Both the position numbers and the translations under genes were made by a program. Shown here piece by piece: positions 47,838 through 61,104 of a stretch of 64,000 nt of DNA. This stretch comes from Mobula hypostoma (lineage: Eukaryota). Below the pieces are notes generated by a model. The model ran no database searches. It was given only the letters and a program-made list of their open reading frames with translations, and had not been told where the DNA came from. The stretch covers positions 37,696,001 through 37,760,000 of the forward strand of contig NC_086110.1 in assembly GCF_963921235.1 (NCBI RefSeq), in the 5' to 3' direction. Within the stretch, counting starts at the first letter, position 1, and every line of letters begins with the position of its first letter.

Positions 47838-48356
47838 TACTCAGTGGCTACATTATAAAGTACACCTGTAGACCTGCTCATTATTGCAAATATCTAATAA
47901 GCTGGCAGCAACTCAAAGCAGAAAAACGTACAGACGTAGTCAAGAGGTTCAGTTGTTTTTCAGATCAAACATCAGAATGGGAAAGAAATGTGATCTAAGC
48001 GACTGTCACCGTGAAATGATTGTTGGTGCCAGACGGGTGGTTTGAGTATCTCAGAAACTGCTGATCTCCTGGGACTTCCACACACAACACTCTCTAGAGT
48101 TTACAAAGAATGACGTGTAAATCAAAAAACATTCAGTGAGCGGCTGTTCTGTGGGTGAAAATACTTCGTTAATGAGAGAGGTCAGAGGAGAATGGCCAGA
48201 CTAGTTCAGGCTGACAGTAAGGTGACAGTAACTCAAATACTCATGTGTTACAACAGTGGTGTGCAAAAGAGTATCTCTGAGTATACAACATGTCAAACCT
48301 GGAAGCGGATGGGCGACTGCAACAGAAGACCATGACTGGGATGTAGCCACTGAGTA
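47838..48356 (+). mobile_element. Non-autonomous Tc1/mariner deletion derivative
   Basis: TIRs TACTCAGTGGCTA / TAGCCACTGAGTA with TA flanks; transposase N-terminal remnants (MGKKCDLS...MIVGARR...SISETADLLG...RRMARLVQAD). Confidence 0.85.
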
Positions 48357-48934
48357 TACAACAAGTCAAAAGTTTCATCAGTATTGTTCATCCAAGAAGA
48401 TTTCCACGCAGTTATCAATATCTATTTTAAACCAGATATTATACTGCCAAAATTAATATACTGTAGTACATTGAGGACTTCTAGTGTTGTTGAAACTGCC
48501 AGGGAGTTCTGCCGTGACAATCTCATGCTGAAAGGACTGTAAGGACCTTTTGCTTTTCAACTGTATTACTGAATTACAGAAATTGTGCCAAACATGTACC
48601 TTCATCAAAGGAATAAATTAATTTTTTTAACATGTGTTAGAAAATGCACTTTACTAGATGAATAGCTGATCCAAATCCTTTGGGAAAATCTATAATCTCA
48701 ACCCCATCCTTTGAAGAATATACAATTGAAGAGTAAATCACTCTTTTTTACAGTTATTATGTTCCAAGGAATTGTGGTTAGTTAAAATAATCCAGCATAG
48801 GATTTGTGTCATAAAAATATTGGAAATAGAAGCAGAAATAGAACATTTTGTCCCCTGAGACTGTTCTGCATTCAATCAGCTGTTCATTTACTTCAGGGCC
48901 TCTTTCCTGTAACAACTCCATAATCATAAAGAGT

Positions 48935-49985
48935 CTTCAAGAAGAACAGCACAGGAACAGGCCTTTAGCCCATTTAGTACTTGCCAAAACCACATATACT
49001 GCCTGCTTCCATCGATCTGCACCGGGAGCGTAGCACTCCATTCCCCTACCATCCATGACCTATCCAAACTTCTCATAAATGTTGAAATCAAGCTTGCATG
49101 CACCACATGTGCTGGCAGCAAATTCCACATTCTCACAACCCTCTGAATGAAGTTGTTTTCCCTCATGTTCCCCTTCCACTTTACACCTTTCACCCTTAAC
49201 CCATGACCTCTGGTTGTAGTTCCACCCACCTAAGTGGAAAAAGCCTGCTTGCATTTACCCTACCTATGACCCTCTATCAAATCTCCTCTTGAACTTCTAC
49301 TTTCTAAGGAATATAGTCCCTAACCTATTCAATCTTTCCTTATGACTCAGGTCCTACAGGTTCAATAATCAGGGGATTGAGATCAAGAAATGCAAGATGA
49401 TCTTGCAGCTCTATAAAACTCTAGTTAGGCCACACATGGAGTATTCTGTTCAGTTCCGGTCATCTTGTTATAGGAAGAATGTGGAAGATTTAGAGGGCAC
49501 AGAGGAGATTTACCAGGATGATGCCGGGATTAGAAAGAATGTCTTATGAGGCTAGACTGAATAGACAGTGAGCTAAAGCATATACCTTTGGCCAGACGGA
49601 GGATGAAAAGAGACTTGATAGAGATGAACAAGATGATAAGAGGCATAGATTGAGTAGACAACCCAAGACTTTTTCCCAGGGTTGAAATGGCTAATATGAG
49701 GCGGTGGAGGTGGGGGATGGTTTGGGAGGAGATGTTTGGATGAAAGTATAGGGGGTATGTCAGAGGTCGGGTTTTTCTTACACAGTGTGTGATTAGTGCA
49801 TGGAACATGCTGCCAGGAGTGGTGGTAGAGATAGATACATTAGGGATATTTAAGAGACTCTTAGATAGCAACTTGGATGAAAGAATAATGATGTGGGAGG
49901 GAAGTGCTTGATCGACGTTGGAGTGGGGGTTAAGGGTCAGCACAACCGAAGGGCCCTTACCACGCTGTACTGGTCTATGTTCTCA
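48935..49985. mobile_element. Two CR1 3' fragments in opposite orientation (about 48935-49360 minus, 49360-49985 plus)
   Basis: RT C-terminal remnants on both strands. Confidence 0.75.
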
Positions 49986-51128
49986 TGTTGGTAAGCTCCC
50001 AAGACAAATTTAACAACCTACAATCTTTATTCATTTTAATGAAGAATTAATTGTTGTGTTTATAGATCTTAATGAGCATTTTATATTAAAAATCGGCAAC
50101 TGATACAATTAAAGGTAATTATTCAAAAGTATACTCGTGCTACAGAATTTCGCCTGAAAGAATCTACTCATCAAGCAACCGCACTCACCGTTTCTCACTT
50201 TGGGGTGAGACAGGCAGAATCCACACCCAAAATTGTCCCGATCGTTCTCACTGCAACCATCATTTGATCCACCTGGCACTTTAAAAAAAAATGTCCTCAG
50301 TAAACGAAAGGGGTATTTTGTACTTACTTGCTGCGTATGCAGTAGTCTATGAAACCTAAGTAAAGCGTAGATTATATATGTACAGATGAATAAACAATGA
50401 AATTGGCCTTGAACGGATATCAGAAATTAACAGTGACCAGTCAGGACTTCCCTTCAGAAGGTACACGAACACCACTTTGGCAGCTGAACCTCACAACTGT
50501 ATTGCATGCTAGTCCTGAGGAATGCTTGGGAGATTTCCTTCAATAGCGTATTCTTACTCTGCTTACCTGAATCTTCCCCTTCATTGAAATTTAACAGATG
50601 GTCTGTAACAATAATCAATGTGTGCTTCAAACCTGAGCTTAGAGATCCAAGTACTGTCACACTAAGCTTAAATGCATGATGTTGCAAGGCCCAGGCTAAT
50701 GTTAGAACAATATTGGAAAGTAATCTTCTATTTATTAGAAATTTTAGAAACAATGCCATATTTGTTTAAAGTTGTCCTGTAATAAACAAACATGAATAAC
50801 ATGAATTATCAACCTCTTCAACCATGGCTAGACAAATACTGCAAAACATTCCCTCTCCTTACTACTACAATCAGGCAGGAGGTACAGAAATCTTTTATGT
50901 CCCACACCACCAGGTTCAGGAACAGTTATTACCCTACAACTGTCAGGCTCCCGAACTGTTAAAGGTAATTTCATTCACTACAACTCGGAAGGATCTACAG
51001 ACTCACTTTCAAGGACTCTTTACAAATCAGGTTCTCAAGTGTTATTTTGTTTGCATAGTTTGTCTTCTTTAGCACACTGGTGTTTGTTAGGCTTTGTCTG
51101 TTTATGTATATTTTTGTAAAATTCTGTG

Positions 51129-51935
51129 TAGTCCATTAGCCAGGACCCCAAATTTGGGCCACCGATACCATCTGGGGGGAGTAATTCTTATAGTGATTTT
51201 TGGCAAGGTATCACCCCTAGTGCTAGAAAATATGTGATAGCATTGCAGCAGTGGTCGCTTTCATAGTAAACTCCATGCTATAAGAACCATGATCCCAGGT
51301 GCTTTGCCTATGATAAGATGAATTATGCCAGGTACCTGTCCCCTTACTTTGCTCAGATGATGAACCTCCCGGAGAAGAATCCTCCTCTGTCTGAGGCCTT
51401 CAAGACAGGCCAATTCTCAGTGCAGCTGTCAAGTAACAACCCCTTTGGGCAGATCCCTGTGGACCAGGCCATTGAAGCCACAGTGAACAAAGACACACGG
51501 ACTCCTGGAGGCACATCACAGTTCAGCCTGAATGCTGGAGCTATCAAGCATTACGGCATAACAGCTGAGCACCGCAGTGCATTCCTGGGACAGTTAAGGG
51601 AGATGGTGCAAGGCAACAAATCAGAGCTTTGTCATGCGGAGCTACAGCGGCCAAGAATCCAGAAAGATGAGGAAACAGTTTCAGCAGCGGTTAGCCTCAT
51701 ACATGAATGGGTCAACCCATTTGCAGAGAAGTGGGACCTCACTAGCATCTCTAGGGCAAAGGCAGCCCCCAAGGACATTGCCTCCAACCTGATGAAGGCA
51801 TATGAGATTGGTGATCAATGCTACGCAACCTTCAGGGATGAGAGACTAGAGGAAGACCCACCAGCAAAGAAATTCCATGACCCAATGAAAACCAACAAGC
51901 TGAAAACATTCAGTAATATGTGTAAGAAGAGAGAA
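51129..51935 (+). mobile_element. DNA transposon fragment, probably Academ-like
   Basis: ORF 51318-52016: NYARYLSPY...LP...F..GQFSV...DQAIE..NKD.RTPGG...NPF motif series as recalled from Academ-type proteins; the GC-richer block starts with TAG at 51129. Family assignment is from memory. Confidence 0.5.
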
Positions 51936-52224
51936 GAGGTATTTCTTTTTTTCTCTGTAAATGCTGCGGGTGGTATATGGAAATATTTACATACTTTGAT
52001 AATAAATGTATTTTGAAATGTAAAGCAAAGCATTAGTGTCATAGTCACTGTATTTTCTGATCCATATCCTTTACAAAATAACATAAAATTGAAGCCATCT
52101 TCATACAGTTACATGTCAGTCACAAGAGTATCACTGTGCTGAATTCAGCTATAACCCTAGACATCTGTGATACAAGTCAAGGGAGTCACAGTTATTTTAA
52201 TATCACAGAAGGAAAATCACATGA

Positions 52225-53988
52225 GGGAAAATTTGGAACAAGTGGATTCAGTTACGAAGACAGTGGAAAAGTGTGTATGGAACCGGAGGAGATAGCAGAG
52301 GTACTTAATGAGTACTTTGCTTCAGTATTCACTATGGAAAAGGATCTTGGCGATTGTACTTACAGCGGACTGAAAAGTTTGAGTATGTAGATATAAAGAA
52401 AGACGATGTGCTGGAGCTTTTGGAAAGCATCAAGTTGGATAAGTCATCGGGACCGGACAAGATGTACCCCAGGCTACTGTGGGAGGTGAGGGAGGAGATT
52501 GCTGAGCCTCTGGCGATGATCTTTGCATCATCCATGGGGATGGGAGATGTTCCGGAGGATTGGAAGGTTGCAGATGTTGTTCCTTTATTCAAGAAAGGGA
52601 GTAGAGATAGCCCAAGAAATTATAGACCAGTGAGTATTACTTCAGTGGTTGGTAAATTGATGGAGAAGATCCTTAGAGGCAGGATTTATGAACATTTGGA
52701 GAGGCATAATATGATTCGGAATAGTCAGCATAGCTTTGTGAAAGGCAGGTCGTGCCTTATGAGCCTGATTGAATTTTTTGAGGATGTGTCTAAACACATT
52801 GATGAAGGAAGAGCAGTAGATTTCAGCAAGGCATTTGATAAGGTACCCCATGCAAGGCTTATTGAGAAAGTAAGGAGGCATGGGATCCAAGGGGATATTG
52901 CTTTGTGGATCCAGAACTGGCTTGCCCACAGAAGGCAAAGAGTGGTTGTAGACAGGTCATATTCTGCATGGAGGTCAGTCACCAGTGGTGTGCCTCAGGG
53001 ATCTGTTCTGGGACCCCTACTCTGTGGTTTTTATAATGACCTGGATGAAGAAGTGGTGGGATGGGTTAGTAAATTTGCTGATGACACAAAGGTTGGGGGT
53101 GTTGTGGATAGTGTGGAGGGCTGTCAGAGGTTACAGCGAGACATTGACAGGATGCAAAAGTGGGCTGAGAAGTGGCAGATGGAGTTCAACCCAGATAAGT
53201 GTGAGATGGTACATTTTGGTAGGTCAAATATGATGACAGAATATAGTATTAATGGTAAGACTCTTGGCAGTGTGGAGGATCAGAGGGATCTTGGGGTCCG
53301 AGTCCATAGGACACTCAAAGCTGCTGCGCAGGTTGACTCTGTGGTTAAGAAAGAATACGGTGCATTGACCTTCATCAATCATGGGATTGAGTTTAGGAGC
53401 TGAGAGGTAATGTTGCAGCTATATAGGGCTCTGGTCATACCCCACATTGAGTACTGTGCTCAGTTCTGGTCGTCTCACTATAGGAAGGATGTGGAAACCA
53501 TAGAAAGGGGGCAGAGGAGGTTTACAAGGATGTTGCCTGGATTGGGAGGCATTCCTTATGAGAATAGTTTGAGTGAACTCGGCCTTTTTCCTTGGAGCGA
53601 CGGAGGATGAGAGGTGACCTGATAGAGATAAGATGATGAGAGGCATTGATCGTGTGGATAATCAGAGGCTTTTTTCCAGGCCTGAAATGGCTAGCATGAG
53701 AGGACACGGTTTTAAGGTGCTTGGAAGTAGGTACAGAGAAGATGTCAGGGGTAAGTTTTTTACGCAGCGAGTGGTGAATGTGTGGAATGGGCTGCTGGTG
53801 ACAGTGGTGGAGGTGGATATGATTGGGTCTTTTAAGAGATTCCTGGACAGGTATATGGAGCTCAGAAAAGTAGAGGGCTATGGGTAGCCCTAGGTAATTT
53901 CTCAGATAAGGACTTGCTCGGCACTGCTTTGTAGGCTGAAGGGCCGATATTGTGCTGTAGGTTTTCTATGTTTCTATGTTTTCTATGT
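52225..53988 (+). mobile_element. 5'-truncated CR1 LINE (same subfamily as 44062-46965)
   Basis: 349-aa RT ORF 52354-53403 and (TTTCTATGT)n-type tail. Confidence 0.95.
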
Positions 53989-55719
53989 TAAGCTCAGTCT
54001 GTCCTCCAAGGTTCAATGATAACCATGCTAAGACTTTGTAGCTCATCTCCTTCTATATGGAACAGCCCTAATGTGGTCTCTTACATAGTGATGTCTGCAA
54101 AATCTTTTATAGAACATTGTCAGGCAATGTTAAGACCTCCTGAGTTCCGGTTGATTCTTTTCTCTAATGGCTTCTAGCTAACGTCTTCAATAAATTCTCC
54201 CATGATTACTTTCATTGATAATTTCTGGAGTATTTTTGTTTGCATTTCTTTTTAACTTTTATTGATCAAATTGGCATTGTTAAAATAAATAAATCTCTCA
54301 CTGATGTAAATATTCTGACTATTCTCCCCAGTACTGTGATCTACTGTATTTCAATTTCTATAAAAAGATATCTGTTATCTTTAGTGCTATTTTAATCACT
54401 TTATTTATCTGTGTGAATTTTTTTTATCTTAACATTTTTTTGTCTTTTTCTGTCCCTTAGTCTGAGAACTTGAAAACAAGCTCTTCGTATACCCAAGCAT
54501 CCAAATTTTTCAAGATATATAATCTTTTTGTAAAATACATATCATGACTTTGATTATAATTTTAGCTTCTGAAATCGTTATGCAGGTTTCAATGTGTCAC
54601 CACTATGGCTATTGAAGCATTTGACCATCTGTTATTTAAGTTTCCTCAGGAAATGTTTTTTAAATTTGCATGCCTAAGTATTGAAAAGAAGTCAAATATG
54701 CAGGTCAGCTGCTTGGCCTTATTTACTAAACTGGGTGTTACTGTCTGAATTTTACTGTTAAAATGCTGTTTGTTGGGGTACAAATAAAGGTTTTTTAACC
54801 TTACCCAACCTTCTTGAGTTCATGTTTCCCTCTTTCAGAGAAAACTATGTATGTGTTCCCGTGCTAAAGATCTAATGCAACCAATTCAGTTGAGCAACAT
54901 TACAACCAAAGTAAGTAAGACCTGCTTGCGGGCTTTGGATTTCGTAGTAGTGAGAGTGGAGACATCATTTCTGCAGTGAAACGTTTGAAAGGTTTTGCAA
55001 GGAAGGAAACATTGGAGGAAATAAAAGTGGAAGATGGCTTTTTCAAAGTTGCATGAATGATTATCATTCTATTTAGGTTATTCATCTTTACCTTACATAA
55101 GTCCTTTTATGTTCAGCAATCTGCCTGTTATATAATTTGTCTAACGCTTGTTATAGAGCTGATTTAATAATCCTGGCAGAAGATCAGTTGCAGTCAGTAA
55201 AAAACTCAAACTTATAGAACCAAAATCCTGATTATCTAATAGATCTTACGGCATTGCAGGTTTCTTGTATTGTAAGATACAAACAGGAGGGGAAAAGTGT
55301 ATGGCTTATTTTTAAAAAATCCAGCTTTGCATTTCCTTCCTTCCTTCCTGAGTACACTTGTGTTAACAGAAACGCAGCAAAACAAACATTTCTCAACCAA
55401 CCTTTCTGCTCTCTGCAATAGTGTGAAGGCTGATTGCAGGAACAAGCAGAATATTTTCATCACAAAACAGGTACGTGTTTCTTTTTAAACATTTCATTCA
55501 AATTTAAGTATTGCTGAAATTAGTCAGCTTAGTATTTCATATTAGTGCTGGGCTAGACTCACACAGATCAAATGCCTGGTTTGCAGCACCTTGAGCCCTG
55601 GGAATGTTCCTCTCTGGCATATTAAATTGATTTGAAACTGAAATAGCCCTGGTGCTTAACAAGTAACTGTGGCCTTTCAGGCAAGGCTGCAATGGGGAAA
55701 TAAAAAATCCAATTCTTTT

Positions 55720-57190
55720 GCACTTCACGTAAGTGAAAATAATCTTTAGGGTGAGGCAAATTAAGATGGATAAATCCACAGGGCCTAACAAAGTGCCCTT
55801 CGGACCTCATGCAGAAATTGCAAGGGGCCTGGCAGAGGTATTTAAAACATTTTAAGCACGGGTGAGGCGCCGGAACACTGGAGGATATTTAAAGTTGTTT
55901 CACTGTTTTATAAAAGGCTCTTAAGAATCAGGTGGGAAATTATATAGTGGTGAGCCTGATGTCAGTAGTGGGTAAATTAGTGAAAGGCATTCTAAGTGAC
56001 TACATATATAAGTATTTGGATAGATAGGTTCTGATTAGGGATAATTAACATGGCTTTGTGTGTGGTAGTTTTTCTGAGAAGGTTTCCAGGAAAGTTTATG
56101 ACGACAAGGCATGGACTTTAGCAAGGCTTTGACAAGGTCCTTAGTGGGAGGCTGATCAAGAAGGTTCAGTCGCTTGGCATTGAGGATGACATAGTAAATC
56201 GAATTCAAGATTGACTTTGTGGGAGTAGCCAGAGACTGGTAGTAGATGGTTGACTCTCTGACTGGAGGCTTGTGACTAGTGGTGTGCTGGGGCCCTTTGT
56301 TGTTTGTCACCTATAGCAATGATCTGGTTGGTTATGTAGTAAACTAGATCAGCAAATTTGCGGATTACACCAAGGTTGCCGGTGTAGTGGACAGCGAGAA
56401 AGGTTGCCATAGCTTGCAGCAGAATCTGGACCAGCTGGAAAAATGGTCTGAAAAAACTGCAGATGGAATTTAATGCAGACAAGTGTGAGGCGTTGCACTT
56501 TGGCAGGTCAGGGCAAACCAGGGTAGGACTTAGTGAACAGCAGGGCACTGAAGAGTGTGGTAACAGAGGGATCTGGGGGTACAGTTCCATAATTCCTTGA
56601 AAACGGTATCACAGGTAGGTAGTGTTGTATAGAGAGCTTTTGACATAAAAACAGAGTATTGAGTATGGCAGTTGGAATGTCACGTTGAAGTTGTATGGCC
56701 AATTTGGAGTGTCGGGTCACCTAACTACAAGAAAAATATCGGTAAGATTGAAAGAGTAGAGAAAATTTACAAGGATGTTGTTGGGACCTAAGTTGCAGGG
56801 GAAGATTGAATACGTTACGAAATTTTTTTCCTGGAAAACGAGGGGAAACTTGATAGAGGTATGCAAAATGATGAGAGGTATAGGTAGGATAAATGCACAC
56901 AAGCTTTTTTCTTACTGAAGTTGGGTGAGACTAGAACTAGAAGTAATAGGTTAAGGGTGAAAGGTGAAATATTTAAGGGGAAACTGAGGGATGGCTTCTT
57001 CACTCAGAGGGTTGTGTTGCCAACAGAAATGGTGTGGTGGACACAGGTTTACTTGCAACATTGAAGAGAAGTTTGGTTAAGTATGAGGGCTGCGGTTTGA
57101 CATGACGAGGCAGAATAATAATTTGGCACGGACTAGATAGGCCGAAAGGCCTGTTTCTGTGCTGTAGTACTCTATGACTCTATGACTAGT
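55720..57190 (+). mobile_element. Degraded CR1 LINE
   Basis: RT remnants (ggactttagcaaggctttgacaagg, aaatttgcggattacacc) and ctatgact tail. Confidence 0.8.
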
Positions 57191-58237
57191 AAGCACTCAG
57201 TAAGAAATTATTTGGTTTGCTTTCATACCTAGCAATGTAGGGCTGGGACAATATTTGGACAAACTTCGTGATTAGAGATTATTTCAGAGAATGTATTATT
57301 TGTTCATGCAACAATTAAAAGAGTACAATTGATATTCATTTAGATGTGATGGGACATATCCTCTTTGAGTGTTGAATTTCATAGTAAATGTTCTTGTTTA
57401 GACTTCCTCCTACACCCTTGTTGCACAATAATGTACTGGATGTCAGGGCTTTTAAGAATGTCGCAAGGCGATCCAATCATCTGAGACTGTCGTGAATGAT
57501 GGAAACAACCATTTATCCCCTGAACAAATGAGACTAATGAGTGCGAAAGGAGAGGAATGGCAAGGAGCCAACTGCTATGGCAACTCTATGTTCTGTGACG
57601 GAGAAAACTGATTGAAACCAGGTGCAGAAGTAGGGAGAATTAAATGCAACACACACGAAATGCTGGAGGAACTCAGCAGGTCGGGCTGCATCTATGGAAA
57701 TAAAGAGTCGATGCTTTGGGCAGAGAACATTCCTCAAAACTGGAAAGGAAGGGGAGAAGCAAGAATAAGAAGGTGAGGAGATGGAGGAAAAACAGTAAAA
57801 GCTAGAAGGAGATAAATGAAGCCAGATGCCCACTCCCACCCCACAACAGATTTGCAGTAATAAACACGAGGAATTCTGCAGATGCTGGGAATCCAAACAG
57901 AATCGCACACGAAATGCTGGAGGGTCTCAGCAGGTCTAGCTTGTACTCTTCCCCCCAACCCCACCTTCTGATTCTGGCTTCTTCCCCCTTCCTTTCCAGT
58001 TCTGATGAACCATCTCGGCCCGAAACATTGACTGTTTATCCATTGCCATAGATGCTGCCTGACCAGCTGGGTACTGCTGAATGAGATTCACTTTCTTGCA
58101 GGCGTTTGCAGGAAAATAAGGAAATGCAATAGAATTTACGAAAAACTATAAATAAAAAACACTGAAAACAACCAATGTGCAAAAGAAGATTAGTCATGCT
58201 ATAATAAAAAAAAGGTAAATCGATAATACTGAGAACA

Positions 58238-59679
58238 GTCAGCTTTAATTTTATTAGAAGCATCAGGACATAAATTCATAGTTATATTATATATAATTGC
58301 TACTACACTTTTCTGAGAGAGATTTAAATCTAAGATTTTTTCCAAAATGTCCATTGGATATGGGTGTGGAAAATTAGGGGAAACAGTAATTAAAAAGTTT
58401 CTAATCTGTAAATATCTAAAAAAGTGAGATCTGGGTAAAGTATATTTATTAGAAAGTTGATCAAAAGACATAAAACAATTATCCAAAAATAAATCGCGAA
58501 AAGATATTATACCTTTGGTTTTCCAATCAAAGTAAGCTTGATCCATCGTGGAAGGTTGAAAAAGAAAATTTGATATAATGGGACTTGCTAGAATAAATTG
58601 ATTAAACCCAAAAAATCTTCGGAATTGAAACCATATACGTAAAGTATGCTTAACTATTGGGTTATTCATTTGTTTATATAATTTAAAAGAAGTAAAAGGA
58701 AGTGAAGTTCCTAAAACCGAACCCAAGGAAAACTTGAGATTAATATACCGACTGAGAAATGGGAAAAAATTCTTCAGTTGGTGAGTTCATCCTCTGTATG
58801 TGCTAAGCATAGGTTGATACAGTTTAAAGTAGTGCACAGGACTCATATGTCCAAAGATAAACTATCTCGTTATTACTCTTATATTAATCCAATATGTTAC
58901 AGATGCCATTCCGAGATAGCTTCTTTAACCCACATGTTTTGGTCATGTCCCTTGTTGGAGAAATATTGGAAAGATATTTTTGATATTATCTCAATGGTCC
59001 TAAACATAGACTTACAACCTCATCCAATTACTGCTATCTTTGGACTACCAATGATAGACTTAAATAATTTAACCTCTTCATCACGAAGGATGATTGCATT
59101 TCTTACTTTAATGGCTAGAAGATCCATTTTGTTGAATTGGAAAGAGATTAACCCTCCTAATGTATTTCATTGGTTTTCACAAACTATGGTGTGTTTGAAT
59201 TTGAAGAAAATTAGAAGTGTGGTTTATGACCCTTCCATTAAGTTTGAAAAAACTTGGAGGCCATTCATTCAGCATTTTCATTTGATGTAATTTGATCATT
59301 TCCAAACTTGTTTTATCTCCCTGTACTGTTGTTGGAGGGGAATGGAGTCGTCGGCAATAAGGTTTTCTTCTTTTCCATTTTTAAGTTGTTAGTTTTGCCC
59401 AAGTCTTTTAGTTTAGTTGATTAATTCTGTTTTTCTTTGGGGATGGGGTTTATTTTTTTTTTTGGTTTTGTTTTTTTTTTCTTTTTCATGATTTTTTTTC
59501 AGTTTTTTTTTGATTTGTATTATCCGTTGTCAGTCCTACATGATTGGGAGCTTTGTTAATTTACACTATTTGGTTTTGCAATTACTTTTCTTAAGTGTAA
59601 CAATATTTCTCCTACTATTTGTATTATTGTTATGTTTTGTTTCTATTCTTCGAAATTAATAAAAAGATTGAAAAAGAAA
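58238..59679 (+). mobile_element. L1/Tx1-clade LINE 3' portion with 5' inversion (58238-58730 inverted, 58731-59679 forward)
   Basis: The minus ORF ends ...ASNKIKAD and the plus ORF continues ..LEINIPTEKWEK...CYRC...SLTHMFWSC (zf-RVT). 16-bp TSD GATAATACTGAGAACA at 58222-58237 and 59680-59695. Confidence 0.88.
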
Positions 59680-60625
59680 GATAATACTGAGAACAAGAGT
59701 TGAAGAATCCTTGAAAGTGACTCGATGGGTTGTGGAGGCAGGTCAGTTCAGCGAGATGGTTGTAGGGTAATCACTGTTCCTGGATTTGGTGGTGTGGGGC
59801 CTAAGGCTTCTGTAGCTCCTGCCCAGTGGAAGCAGTGAGAAGAGAACATGGCTTGGACGATAGGTGTCATTGATGATGGATGCTGCTCTCTTGTAGCAGT
59901 ACTCTACAAGATGTGCTCAAAGAATGGGGGGAGGCGTTTCTTGTGATGGACCGGTCTGTATCCATTACTTTTGTAGAATTTTCCATTCCTTGGCTTTGGT
60001 GCTTTCATATGAGGCGATGATGCGACCAGTCAGGACACTCTCCACTGTGACTACATAGAGAATTGTCAGTGTTTTAGGTGACATGCCTAACCTGCACAAA
60101 CTTTGAAAAAGTTGATCCATCTGTGCACGGTCTATATCCCTCCACTGCCTGCTTTTACTTGTTTCTACCTTATGCCTCTTAAATCTGTTATAGCCTAAGA
60201 ATGATCTCCCCTTCTATCCTAGAGCCACTGAGGCTGAGCTACTGTGAATAGTTGGTATCTCAATGAACATTATGATTATGATTATGAGGACACACAGTCC
60301 CCTTTTATTGTAATTTAGTAACGCATGTATTAAGAAATGATAAAATGTTTTCCAGAATGATATCATGAAAACACATGACAAACCGACTTAAAAACCAACA
60401 AAAACCACATAATTATATAACATTAAGAATGAAGAATAGAAAATTCTTGGTCTGTCTATCTTAGTTTCATAATATCCAGTGCAGGGGTACATGAACTGCA
60501 ACTAGGCTTGTGGAGCTGAAAGTAAATATGCCTAGTACTAAATCTAACAACTGACCTTCCCTAAAGTCATAGACTGCTGAACTATTGTTGGTTAAAATGA
60601 CCTGTAACAAATATTCATTTCTTTC

Positions 60626-61101
60626 CATTCAGTGGCAATTTTATTCAGTACAGGAGTGGAACCTGGTGTGGTCATTTGCTGTTGTTGCCCATCCACTTAA
60701 ACATTTGACATGTTGTGCATTCAGGGATGCTCTACTGCACGCCACTGTTGTAGCACCTGGTTATCTGAGTTACTCTCGCTTTCCTGTCAAATTGAACTAG
60801 TCTGGCCATACTCCCCTGACCCCTCTCATTAACAAGGTGTTTTCGTCCACAGAACTGCCACTCACTGGATAATTGTTTTGTCTTTTGCACCGATCTCTGT
60901 AGACTCTAGAGACTGTTGTGCAAGAAAATCCCAGGAGATTAGTGATTCCGAGATACACAAACCACCCCGTCTGGCACCAACAATCATTCCACAGTGACAG
61001 TCACTTAGATCATATTTATTTCACATTCCGACGTCTGTTGACTATGTTTGCATGCTCTTATGCATTGAGTTGCTGCTCCATAATAAAGCAGCTACTGAGT
61101 G
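60626..61101 (-). mobile_element. Second non-autonomous Tc1 copy (same family as 47838-48356)
   Basis: Reverse-complement similarity across the transposase remnant; degenerate TIRs CATTCAGTGGC / GCTACTGAGTG. Confidence 0.75.
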
Positions 61102-61104
61102 CAT

